DNA from: Octopus bimaculoides
Taxonomy: Eukaryota
NCBI RefSeq assembly: GCF_001194135.2
Contig: NC_069005.1
Coordinates: 26,685,300 to 26,719,962, forward strand
Length of the DNA: 34,663 nucleotides
Reading direction: 5' to 3'
Below are positions 1-10,106 of the stretch, in pieces. Each line of letters opens with the position of its first letter. Positions within the stretch are counted from its first letter, which is position 1. A program made the position numbers and the translations under genes. Below the pieces are notes generated by a model that did not search any database, had not been told where the DNA came from, and worked only from the letters and a program-made list of their open reading frames with translations.

Positions 1-38
1 TGAGGAAGTTCAAACAGAAAGCAGCAGAGAAGCAAACC

Positions 39-115
<77 letters not shown>
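39..115. repeat. (GTA)n microsatellite
   Basis: Pure GTA trinucleotide run. Confidence 0.97.
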
Positions 116-116
<1 letters not shown>

Positions 117-614
117 TGCATGCATGTACATGTTAAGCACATGGGACATGCATGTCCAGGCTTTTGGGCTTGTATCAAACATGCAGAACACAAAGGAGTT
201 ATAGTTTTCACATCACACTGAATTCAGAAACAGATGGAGGGGGTATCCCCCTCCCCCGACCAACAACTTTTTTTTTTTTTTTTTTTTTTTTTTGTCACCA
301 GACATTGTTTGTCTGTATGAAAGAGTGATTTTTCTCTTCTAATGAGACTGAGAACAATGTGATGTGATGTGAGGTTAAGAAGTCTGATGGTAGGTAGGTA
401 GGCAGGTAAGTTAGGAAGAAACCATTGAAATAGAACTAGTCATATCTCAACATTTTATAAATGTAAATCCATATTTATTGAAATAGAACAAGTAAAATTC
501 CTGACCCCTGCTTGCAGTACACCAACTTACTCAGTGTTTCACAACTGTTTTTTGCCTATGGATCCCTTAGATTCCTGTTTTACTCGGACTGGCCCACAAA
601 GCTACTTGATGTTT

Positions 615-855
615 AAAAAGCTGGCAGAATTGTTAACACGCCAGGCAAAATGCTTACCAGCATTTCGTCCATCTTTACATTCTGAATTCAAATTCCGCTG
701 AGGTCAACTTTGCCTTTCATCCTTTCGGGGTTGATTAAATAAGTACCAGTTACACACTGGGGTCGATGTAATTGACTTAATCTCTTCCTCCAAATATGAG
801 CCCTTGCGCATCCAGTAGAAAGGATTATTATTATTATCATTATTATTATTATTAC
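615..855 (+). mobile_element. tRNA-derived SINE, family 1 (AAGGYGGYGAGCTGGCAGAA head), with (ATT)n tail
   Basis: Near-identical to the copies at 1276 and 1530. They share GTTCAAATTCC (B-box-like), gaggtcgactttgcctttcatcctttc, taagtaccagtt and an (ATT)n tail. Confidence 0.85.
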
Positions 856-1084
856 ATGTTGTTTGGCGCCCACTTTTCCACACTCGCATAGATCAGATGG
901 AATTTATTGAACTGACCAACTGTCACCAGTTTCCAGACAAAGAAATATTTCTTCATGACCAAACATTATCACGGAAGAATGAAATGAAGGACATCACTCA
1001 CATATCAGTGACACTTGCTTAAAACTATCACACAATGCCAAGGAGAGGAGACAATAGCAAAACAAACACACACACACACACACC

Positions 1085-1243
1085 ACAGGTTTCTTTCAAT
1101 TTCATCTACCAGAACTACTAACAAGGCTTTGGTTGGCCCGAGTCCAGAAGTAGAAGACACTTGGCCAAGGTATCATGTGGTAGAACTGAACCTGAAATCA
1201 TGTGCTTGGGAGGCAAACTTCTTGCCACACAGCCATGCCTGCA
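1085..1243 (-). mobile_element. tRNA-derived CORE-like SINE, family 2 (Octopus OR-type), 5' half
   Basis: The reverse complement matches the head shared by about 12 copies: ggctgtgtggtaagaagcttgc...ggttcagtccc...ccttgggcaagtgtcttctac. Confidence 0.8.
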
Positions 1244-1275
<32 letters not shown>

Positions 1276-1529
1276 AAAGCAGGGAGCTGACAGAATCATT
1301 AGCATGCCAGGTAAAAATGCTAAGTGGCATTTCATCCATCTGTATGTTCTGAGTTCAAATTCCGCTGAGGTCGACTTTGCCTTTCATCCTTTCAGGGTCG
1401 ATAAAATAAGTACCAGTTGCGTACTGGGGTTGATTTAAATGACTTTACCCTTCTCCCAAAACTGTAGGTCATGTGCCAAAATTTGAAACCATTGTTCTTC
1501 TTATTATTATTATTACTATTATTATTATT
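1276..1529 (+). mobile_element. SINE family 1 copy with (ATT)n tail
   Basis: Colinear with 615-855 and 1530-1762. Confidence 0.85.
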
Positions 1530-1762
1530 AAGGTGGTGAGCTGGCAGAACCATTAGCACACCAAGCAAAATGTTAAGCAGCATTTCCTCTGCTTTATGTT
1601 CTGAGTTCAAATTACCCTGAGGTCGATTTACCTTTTCATCTTTTAAGGTCGATAAATTAAGTACGAGTCAAGTACTGGGGTTGATGTGATCGATTTTCCC
1701 CATCCCCCAACATTTCAGGCCATGTGCCTATAGTAGAAAGGATTATTATTATTATTATTATT
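1530..1762 (+). mobile_element. SINE family 1 copy with (ATT)n tail
   Basis: Starts aaggtggtgagctggcagaa directly after the ATT tail of the previous copy. Confidence 0.85.
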
Positions 1763-2149
1763 ACATAATTCCATTTTTAATACAAAATTTAAATTCTGAA
1801 ATTATTCCTCTAGTTTTGGATTATATAAAAACATCTGTCTGAAAGCTTCAAACAAGCAAAAGAAAAAAAATCAAAATTAAAAACGAAAAAACCTGGAAAA
1901 AAAAATGAACCAAACACATGGAATTCCCTTTACTGTTTAGACACATCTACCTAATTGCAACTCTCAATGCTGCAGCTCAAACAATTAATTAGTCTAATTT
2001 AATTACCATCCATGGAATACCAACTGGTTTATAAATTCACTTTTTAGTCTGTATTGAAAAGACAACTACAAAGTTCAATATGGCTTCAGTAAAAAGAAAA
2101 AGAAGGTGGGAGGAGAAAAAAAGATGTTAGATAACATTATTGATTATTG

Positions 2150-2188
<39 letters not shown>

Positions 2189-2364
2189 GATTATAATAAA
2201 ACTGTTAAAAGGTTATTAGACATTGACCAACAGACACACTTTCAAGCTTATGTCAACAACAAAAGAAAATTTTTAAAAAAATACAAAAACAGAAAAATTA
2301 CAACAGTGATTTATAATATAGATAACAAAGCCTCAAATCTTTTTGAGAGATGCTATTGGTTACA

Positions 2365-2530
2365 TTGGATCCCAGTATGTTACTGGTACTTCAGTTTTAT
2401 AGATTAGCTCCATGGTATTGGCAGCATGTGAAGTTGGATCGATCCCGTAAAAATTTGATNNNNNNNNNNNNNNNNNGATGTAACAAAATCCTACTTGGAA
2501 TTTCATCCACCGCTTTAACGATTCTGTCGA
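2365..2530 (-). mobile_element. Diverged SINE family 1-like copy, interrupted by a short gap
   Basis: cccagtatgttactggtactt and ttaacgattctgtc resemble the reverse complement of the family 1 body and head. Confidence 0.5.
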
Positions 2531-2791
2531 TAATAATAATAACAATAAACTCCGCCCCACCCCATGTTTTTTTTTTCTTTTCTTTTAACTGAAATAAAAC
2601 AACAGGAAAGAAAAGCATACAAAATACATTTTGGGAAAAACAAAGTGGAGGACCGCTTCTTTTTTTTTTCCCCCTAAAAACAAAAAAAATAAAGATTATT
2701 TTTAACAAAACCCTCACAAAAAAAAATATGACAAATGGTGGGGGAATAAAAGATGGTTTTTAAAGATTAAACTGAAGATGATGACACAAAC

Positions 2792-2866
2792 CTGTTCCCT
2801 GACGAGGTCATGGCGCTCCTCCATTTCTTTCTTCTCCACGGTTGCTTTGCGACTGAGCTCTTCCAC
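2792..2866 (-). CDS. ACAP2: ACAP internal exon F, 75 nt, phase 0-0: VEELSRKATVEKKEMEERHDLVREQ (end of BAR domain)
   Basis: tattttacag|GTGGAA...GAACAG|gtttgt. It matches ACAP2 LDRLVVDAAKEKREMEQKHSTIQQK and is in frame with exon E. Confidence 0.9.
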
Positions 2867-3154
2867 CTGTAAAATATAAACCATTTACAAATAAGATTAA
2901 TATCGCTAACAATGGATGAAAACCACAAATTTCTCATTCTTTTAGTGAATTAAAATGTTAAATATCCCATTACATTCATTATTCATTTTTATATTTTTGT
3001 AAACAGAGTTTTTTATTCTGTAACATCATGATTGAGTGAGAGAGCAATGTATGCCACCAAAGTGACACTGGGGTAAAATATACGAAGCCCTGTATACCCA
3101 TCATCACTACCCGTCTGATAAGGGTACACCAGGCACATGCATCACAACCATATG

Positions 3155-3630
3155 TCCAGACTCCAATTGTGTTTTGACATGGTTTCTATGGTTGGATGCC
3201 TGCCCTTCCTAACACCAACCACTTTACAGTGTGTACTGGGTACCTTTTACATGCCACTGGTACAGGTGCATTTATGTACCACCAGCACAAGTGCACTTTA
3301 GACAGCACTGGCGCCTGAAAAGGACATGCCTGTATGTATGGATGGCCACGATTTTACTTAGCTTAACATGTCTTCTCGAGTACAGCAAATCATCACAAGT
3401 CCCTGTCCCTTGTCATTTCCTCAGTGAGGCCAAGCATCCAAAGACCCTTTGTCACCACTTCATCCCATGTCTTCCTGGATCTACCTCTTCCACCAGTCCC
3501 TTCCACAATTAGAGATTGGCACTTCTTTAAGCAGCTGTTCTCCTCCACATGCATCATGTGACTGAACCATCAGTCTTCTCTCTTGCACACAACATCTGAT
3601 GCCTCCTATATTCAGATTTCCTCTTAGCAT
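3155..3630 (-). mobile_element. RTE-clade LINE 3' remnant (ORF C-terminus plus 3' UTR)
   Basis: Minus-strand translation, with a frameshift and stops, gives IRCCVQERRL/WFSHMMHVEENSCLKKCQSLIVEGTGGRGRSRKTWDEVV...MTRDRDL. This is the RLRWxGHxxR...GRPRKTW...DR C-terminal signature of RTE-type ORFs. Confidence 0.8.
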
Positions 3631-4029
3631 TTAGGCATTCAGACCAGCCATATCTGGCCTAAATATTCTACCTGTTTTATGGTCAAACCAAGACGTTAAA
3701 ACACTAGTCTACTCTCAATCACCCGACAATTTGGCAGAACCGCAGTTTGACAGAAATACAGACTCAAGGCAAACCCCTGCTGTATCGCAGTGGAAGGTCA
3801 TGTAATGACATGTGGTGGTGGTGGTGGTGGTGGTGGTGATAGTAACAATAATACAATTAAGAGAATTGGGTTCTAGCAAACAATATAAATATATTAAAAA
3901 AAATATACCCAAATAAATAAATGTATAAAACAACCACAAAAATAATACTGAAAAATTAGTAAACGTCAAATAAAAAAAAAATGAAAAGATTGTTTTCAAT
4001 TTTTTTGGTTCTTTTGGCTGCTAGGTTTG

Positions 4030-4200
4030 AAGGTGGTAGTGATGATGATAATGATGATGGTGATGGTGGTGATGATGATGATGATGGTGATGATGATGGT
4101 GGTGATGATGATGATGGTGATGATCGTGGTGATGATGATGATGGTGGTGGTGATGACAATATCAGTGAATGTGAAAAGAGATGATGATGATGATGATAAA
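4030..4200. repeat. Compound (GAT)n/(GGT)n microsatellite
   Basis: Interleaved GAT/GGT triplets. It generates the spurious ORFs at 3956-4250. Confidence 0.95.
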
Positions 4201-4390
4201 CGAAGGCTTCTCAGCAAAAATGAAAAGAAAAAGGAATAAAACCAGTACAATACAACAACAATAATAATAATAATAATAATATGAATAATAAATAATAAAT
4301 GTTTTTATAAGTGCTCGAAAAAGAACCAAATGGCAGCTGCAATATTTTGTGAAATCACTAACGAAGTCTATGCAAAAAAAAAAAAAAAAA

Positions 4391-5236
4391 NNNNNNNNNN
4401 NNNNNNNNNNNNNNNNNNNNNNNNNNNNNNNNNNNNNNNNNNNNNNNNNNNNNNNNNNNNNNNNNNNNNNNNNNNNNNNNNNNNNNNNNNNNNNNNNNNN
4501 NNNNNNNNNNNNNNNNNNNNNNNNNNNNNNNNNNNNNNNNNNNNNNNNNNNNNNNNNNNNNNNNNNNNNNNNNNNNNNNNNNNNNNNNNNNNNNNNNNNN
4601 NNNNNNNNNNNNNNNNNNNNNNNNNNNNNNNNNNNNNNNNNNNNNNNNNNNNNNNNNNNNNNNNNNNNNNNNNNNNNNNNNNNNNNNNNNNNNNNNNNNN
4701 NNNNNNNNNNNNNNNNNNNNNNNNNNNNNNNNNNNNNNNNNNNNNNNNNNNNNNNNNNNNNNNNNNNNNNNNNNNNNNNNNNNNNNNNNNNNNNNNNNNN
4801 NNNNNNNNNNNNNNNNNNNNNNNNNNNNNNNNNNNNNNNNNNNNNNNNNNNNNNNNNNNNNNNNNNNNNNNNNNNNNNNNNNNNNNNNNNNNNNNNNNNN
4901 NNNNNNNNNNNNNNNNNNNNNNNNNNNNNNNNNNNNNNNNNNNNNNNNNNNNNNNNNNNNNNNNNNNNNNNNNNNNNNNNNNNNNNNNNNNNNNNNNNNN
5001 NNNNNNNNNNNNNNNNNNNNNNNNNNNNNNNNNNNNNNNNNNNNNNNNNNNNNNNNNNNNNNNNNNNNNNNNNNNNNNNNNNNNNNNNNNNNNNNNNNNN
5101 NNNNNNNNNNNNNNNNNNNNNNNNNNNNNNNNNNNNNNNNNNNNNNNNNNNNNNNNNNNNNNNNNNNNNNNNNNNNNNNNNNNNNNNNNNNNNNNNNNNN
5201 NNNNNNNNNNNNNNNNNNNNNNNNNNNNNNNNNNNN
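4391..5236. other. Assembly gap (largest N-run 821-846 nt; 13 gaps totalling ~6.1 kb, mostly flanked by microsatellites or SINEs)
   Basis: N-runs at 2460-2476, 4391-5236, 6739-7301, 8297-8478, 10107-10741, 12822-13283, 13827-14520, 15402-16222, 18131-18243, 19640-20320, 29254-29653, 30843-30865 and 32466-33121. Confidence 0.99.
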
Positions 5237-5338
5237 AGTGCTCAGCCACTTGCATGTTAATTTCACGAGCAGGCTGTTCCGTTGATCGGATCAACTGGAA
5301 CCCTCGACGTCGTAAGCAACGGAGTGCCAACAACAAAC
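5237..5338 (+). mobile_element. SINE family 3, 3' end (5' part in gap)
   Basis: gctcagccacttgcatgttaatttcacgagcaggctg...gagtgccaa matches 31530-31610. Confidence 0.8.
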
Positions 5339-5435
5339 ATTTATGCATGTATATACACATATACATATATATATATGATAGGCTTCCTGCAGTTTCCATA
5401 ATCATCATCATTTAACGTCCGTTGTCCATGCTGAC

Positions 5436-5768
5436 ATTGTTTCATTTGTTTGATAGCAGCCATGCTGGAGCATCGCCTTAAAAGATGCTTCAGTCAAACA
5501 ACTCGACCCCAGGACTTATTCTTTGTAAGCCTAGTACTTATTTTATGGGCTTCTTTTTTTTTTTGCCGAACAGCTAAGTTACAGAGACATAAACACACCA
5601 ACAATATATGATATACCTCTTTCAGTTTTCATGTACCAAATCCATTCATAAAGCTTTGGTCAGCACAAGACTGCATAGAAGACATTTTCCCAAAGTGCCA
5701 CATAGTGGGACCGAACTCAGAACCATGTGGTTGGGAACCAAACTTCTTACCTCACAGCCACGTCTGTA
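5436..5768 (-). mobile_element. SINE family 2, near full length
   Basis: The tail (cagccatgctggagca, ccccaggacttattc) and the head are colinear with 14950-15338 and 20705-21145. Confidence 0.85.
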
Positions 5769-6219
5769 AGACACGTGGACACTAGTTGAGTGTATCAGGG
5801 TTTGAGTTTAGCTTGGTGCAATTATGACTAGTATTAAGCTAAACGATCTTAGTTAAGAGATCCCAGTAATGATTTGTTGTGAAACGATGTGAAAAGAGGA
5901 TTATCCATTGAAATCCTATAATGTGATTAGGAAGAGATGATATGAAGAGTTTGTTGGGCAAACAGATTAGATTTTCTTTTTTTTTTTTCAGACAAAGTAA
6001 TTTTTTTTCATTTCTTCATTCCTAGTGATTGAATCAACACATTGGAGGAGGGGGGAAGGGTGGTTAGTGATTGGTTGTTGGCTGGTAGTGGAGAGGGGGA
6101 ATGAAGACAGGGTGGGGTGGGGTGGCGAGTGTTTAGGATGTAAACAAGGGGAAATTGTTGATCAATGTTAGCCTAAATTGAACAGAATGTTTTGCCATAG
6201 ATCCCTTCCTTCCTAGAGA

Positions 6220-6425
6220 GAGAGAGGGAGAGGGAGAGGGGGGAGATGAGAGAGAAAGAGGGGGAGGAGATGAGAGAGAGGAGTATGGTAAGGGAGAGAG
6301 AGGTAAAGAGAAACAGAAAGAGAAGAGACGAGATGAGAGGGCTCTCCCTAGGGAGAGACAGGAAGAGAGGTGGAGAAGGAGAGAGGGAAGAAGGGGGAGG
6401 GAGAGAGAGGAGACAGACAGACAGA
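6220..6425. repeat. Degenerate (AG/GA)n polypurine tract
   Basis: About 200 nt of almost pure A/G. Confidence 0.85.
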
Positions 6426-7302
6426 CAAATCCTGTATAACACAGAAGGGATAAACAAGAGTTAGTAATATATAATCTGTTGGAATGTTATTCTATTACTT
6501 ATTACACAAACAGATGATGATGGTGGTGGTGGTGGTGGTGGTCATGATCACGATGTTCAATACAGTGGTAATTACGGTAATGAAGATGATGGTATTAATT
6601 GGTGGTTGTAATAAACAACCTGGAAATTACTGAAATGCAATTATGTCCGCAAAGGTAGCAAGGAGAAAGGTGTAGGTCGGATGAACAACCTGTAGCCATG
6701 GCTACAAATAACCTTTTGGATGCACCACCAGGAATTGANNNNNNNNNNNNNNNNNNNNNNNNNNNNNNNNNNNNNNNNNNNNNNNNNNNNNNNNNNNNNN
6801 NNNNNNNNNNNNNNNNNNNNNNNNNNNNNNNNNNNNNNNNNNNNNNNNNNNNNNNNNNNNNNNNNNNNNNNNNNNNNNNNNNNNNNNNNNNNNNNNNNNN
6901 NNNNNNNNNNNNNNNNNNNNNNNNNNNNNNNNNNNNNNNNNNNNNNNNNNNNNNNNNNNNNNNNNNNNNNNNNNNNNNNNNNNNNNNNNNNNNNNNNNNN
7001 NNNNNNNNNNNNNNNNNNNNNNNNNNNNNNNNNNNNNNNNNNNNNNNNNNNNNNNNNNNNNNNNNNNNNNNNNNNNNNNNNNNNNNNNNNNNNNNNNNNN
7101 NNNNNNNNNNNNNNNNNNNNNNNNNNNNNNNNNNNNNNNNNNNNNNNNNNNNNNNNNNNNNNNNNNNNNNNNNNNNNNNNNNNNNNNNNNNNNNNNNNNN
7201 NNNNNNNNNNNNNNNNNNNNNNNNNNNNNNNNNNNNNNNNNNNNNNNNNNNNNNNNNNNNNNNNNNNNNNNNNNNNNNNNNNNNNNNNNNNNNNNNNNNN
7301 NN

Positions 7303-7340
<38 letters not shown>

Positions 7341-7374
7341 AACTAATACTTTACATCTGCACACACACACACGT

Positions 7375-7413
<39 letters not shown>

Positions 7414-7954
7414 GTACGTTAGCCTCCAAACGATTTGTTCTCATTTCAAATATTTGCAGTAATGAATGTCTTCTTATGAATCCCGCAATGGTCTTCCACT
7501 TTATTATTTCTCCAGCAACCTGACCCCACTCAGGAGAACAATAAACCTTTGGTCTGCCAATGTGACAATAGATTCCTTGTTGACAATACAACATTAATCT
7601 CAGTAATTGTGTACATTCATTAAGGCTTCTCCTTGTTAACCACGTACTCTTCTTCTCTTCACCTTTCTCTATTCTCTCCCTCACAGCTGTTGTTCTAGAG
7701 AAACTGAAGACATTTGTATAAACACTGATTGGGCTAGGAATTGTCTAGGTGTCTAGTTTAACCTTTTTTTGGTACCAGTACAGTTTCTGTGGTTTAAGCC
7801 CGGTTACAATTTTTGGTTATGTCACTTCACTCAATCCTCTCCTACTTACTTCCCTGTCAGGTTTGTTACTGCTTATCTCCAGGTCAACCATTATTGAGTC
7901 AGACTATAATCAGAGGCATTCCAGCCATGACTGGCTCATCTTTTTAACGGTATG

Positions 7955-8135
7955 TAGGATTCACGCTGTTTTCTATGCTGGCATGGGTTAGATAGCTTCA
8001 CAGGAACTAGCAGGGCCAAGGGCTGCATCGGGTTCCATAGTCTGTTTTGGCATGGTTTCTATGGCAGGATGCACTTCCTAAAGTCAACCACTCCACAGAG
8101 TGTACTGGGTACTTTTTACATGGCACCAGCACCAG
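7955..8135 (-). mobile_element. RTE-type 3' end/UTR copy
   Basis: ttttctatgctggcatgggttag...ggatgcacttcctaaagtcaaccac matches the other RTE 3' copies (3180-3240, 26281-26470). Confidence 0.75.
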
Positions 8136-8636
8136 TGATTTTTATGTGGCACCATCACCAGTGCCTTTTGAGTGGCACAATCACCAGTGCCTTTTGAGTG
8201 GCACAATCACCAGTGCCTTTTGAGTGGCACAATCACCAGTGCCTTTTGAGTGGCACAATCACCAGTGCCTTTTGAGTGGCACAATCACCAGTGCCTNNNN
8301 NNNNNNNNNNNNNNNNNNNNNNNNNNNNNNNNNNNNNNNNNNNNNNNNNNNNNNNNNNNNNNNNNNNNNNNNNNNNNNNNNNNNNNNNNNNNNNNNNNNN
8401 NNNNNNNNNNNNNNNNNNNNNNNNNNNNNNNNNNNNNNNNNNNNNNNNNNNNNNNNNNNNNNNNNNNNNNNNNNNNNNATCACCAGTGCCTTTTGAGTGG
8501 CACAATCACCAGTGCCTTTTGAGTGGCACAATCACCAGTGATTTTTAAGTGGCACAACCACCAGTGCTTTTTAAGTGGCACCATCACCAGTGCTTTTTAA
8601 GTGGCACCATCACCAGTGTTTTTTCAGTGACACCAG
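8130..8636. repeat. 26-bp minisatellite (ttttgagtggcacaatcaccagtgcc)n spanning a 182-N gap
   Basis: Identical units with a 26-nt period (the ORF track repeats at 8224, 8250 and 8276) and degenerate units at both ends. Confidence 0.95.
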
Positions 8637-8656
8637 TACTCATACTGATTACATCT

Positions 8657-8694
<38 letters not shown>

Positions 8695-9186
8695 AAAGGC
8701 TGTAAGGAATGGTTTGAAGATTTATCTTATTCTTCATAGCAAATCAAGCCAAAACATAGAAGCTTTCTCATTGGCCAACTGGCTGAGACAGTTAGACACA
8801 TTTCACTCGCTTGGGGGTTTGGCTGTGACCAGGGTTTCCTTTTCTTACGACCATGAGTTATGATTTCCTTCTCCTTTTCCACTACACTTCTCCTCTCTTG
8901 GAGACCCTATTTTGCTGGCTGACTTGTTTCCTCTCACCCAGTCATCACACCAAAACTATTTTTTTGTCTTTCTGTCCCATGTGTATGGATGGTCCTAGAT
9001 AAACACTGCTTTATTTATTTTGTGTAGGACTCTTTAGCATTGAAAATACAAATGTTATTATTTGGGCAGTTTGATAAATATTGGTAAAACAACTAAGAAA
9101 ACACAATTTCCTGTGTAAATTTGGAGTGTGAGTAGGCAAAGGAGGGCTAGTGTTCTTGCTACTTTAACAAGACATAAGACATACTG

Positions 9187-9522
9187 TCATTTGACATCCA
9201 TTTTCCATGCTGGAATGGGTTTGACAGGAGCCATTTGAGCATGATTGATGCCAGTGCTACCTGACTGGCACCTGTGCTAGTGGCATGTAAAAAGCACCAT
9301 TCAAGTGTGGTTGATGTCAGTGCTGCCTGACTAGCCCCCATGCTGGTGGCACATAAAAAGCACCCACTACACTCTTGGAGTTGTTGATGTTAGGAAGGGC
9401 ATCCAGCTGTAGAAACTTTGCCAGATCAAATTGGAGCCTGGTGCAGCCTCCTGGCTTGCCAGTCCTCAGTCAAATTGTCCAACCCATGCCAGCATGGAAA
9501 GCAGACATTAAACAACGATGAC
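9187..9522 (+). mobile_element. RTE-type 3' UTR copy ending in ...ccatgccagcatggaaagcagacattaaac-gatgac, with an inverted terminal fragment at its left
   Basis: The terminal motif is shared with 26281-26340, 33905-33950 and 10020-10075. There is an internal ~62-bp duplication at 9243-9365. Confidence 0.8.
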
Positions 9523-10019
9523 AATGTTCCAAGTTTTAAATACATTACTTCCACTCACTTATTATTCAGCATATTGATGGTGTCTCAGAATTGGCTTAAT
9601 ATTTAAAACAACTTTTCATTCAGTAAATGTAGCTGTTTGACTTCCAGGCAGTTATGACAGTCAAACATTTAACACATACTGAAAAATATTAAGCACGAAC
9701 GAACAGAACTGAAACTGCGCTAACATCCTTGACATTTCCCATCCTACAAACTATTTTAATGCTTCCGGTATCCTGCTAAATGTTAACACTAACTTAATTA
9801 ATGCTTGTCATGCAGATGGCAGTGTTGAACCATTATCAGTTGGCTTAACACAGCAACATGGCAGGCACTTGGAGTCAGACTCTCCAGTCTGAAGATACCC
9901 ACCTCCCCTTTTGCCACCAGTCTCTGAGAGAAGTCCTCTAAAGGGTCATGGACACTGCCTTCTCCCTTCCCACTTTATCATTCATCATTCGAGACTAACA
10001 GAATATATTCTAAGAACTG

Positions 10020-10106
10020 TCATCATCATCATCATTTAATGTCAATTTTCTATACTGGCATGGGTTGGATGGTTTCATGGGAGCTGGCAAGTTCTACTGA
10101 GCGATA
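10020..10106 (-). mobile_element. RTE-type 3' terminus with (GAT)n tail, remainder in gap
   Basis: (TCA)n followed by tttaatgtc...ctggcatgggttggatgg. Confidence 0.7.

Noticed and set aside
2012-2047. MEYQLVYKFTF, resembling the ACAP PH-domain NQLVYQK
   Set aside because: Wrong strand, only 11 codons and no splice context, so a chance match. I found no further ACAP exon in 1-2791.
3956-4250. Asp/Gly-, Ser/Pro-, Met/Val- and Ile/Thr-rich ORFs
   Set aside because: All are different frames of one GAT/GGT microsatellite.
8130-8636. CRISPR-like array of 26-bp hairpin repeats
   Set aside because: The units are directly adjacent with no spacers, the context is eukaryotic, and there are no cas genes.
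9790-10000. Plus-strand branch point and acceptor (cactaac...atgcag) and a 58-codon Met-less minus-strand frame
   Set aside because: No matching donor and no recognisable protein similarity. This is expected by chance.
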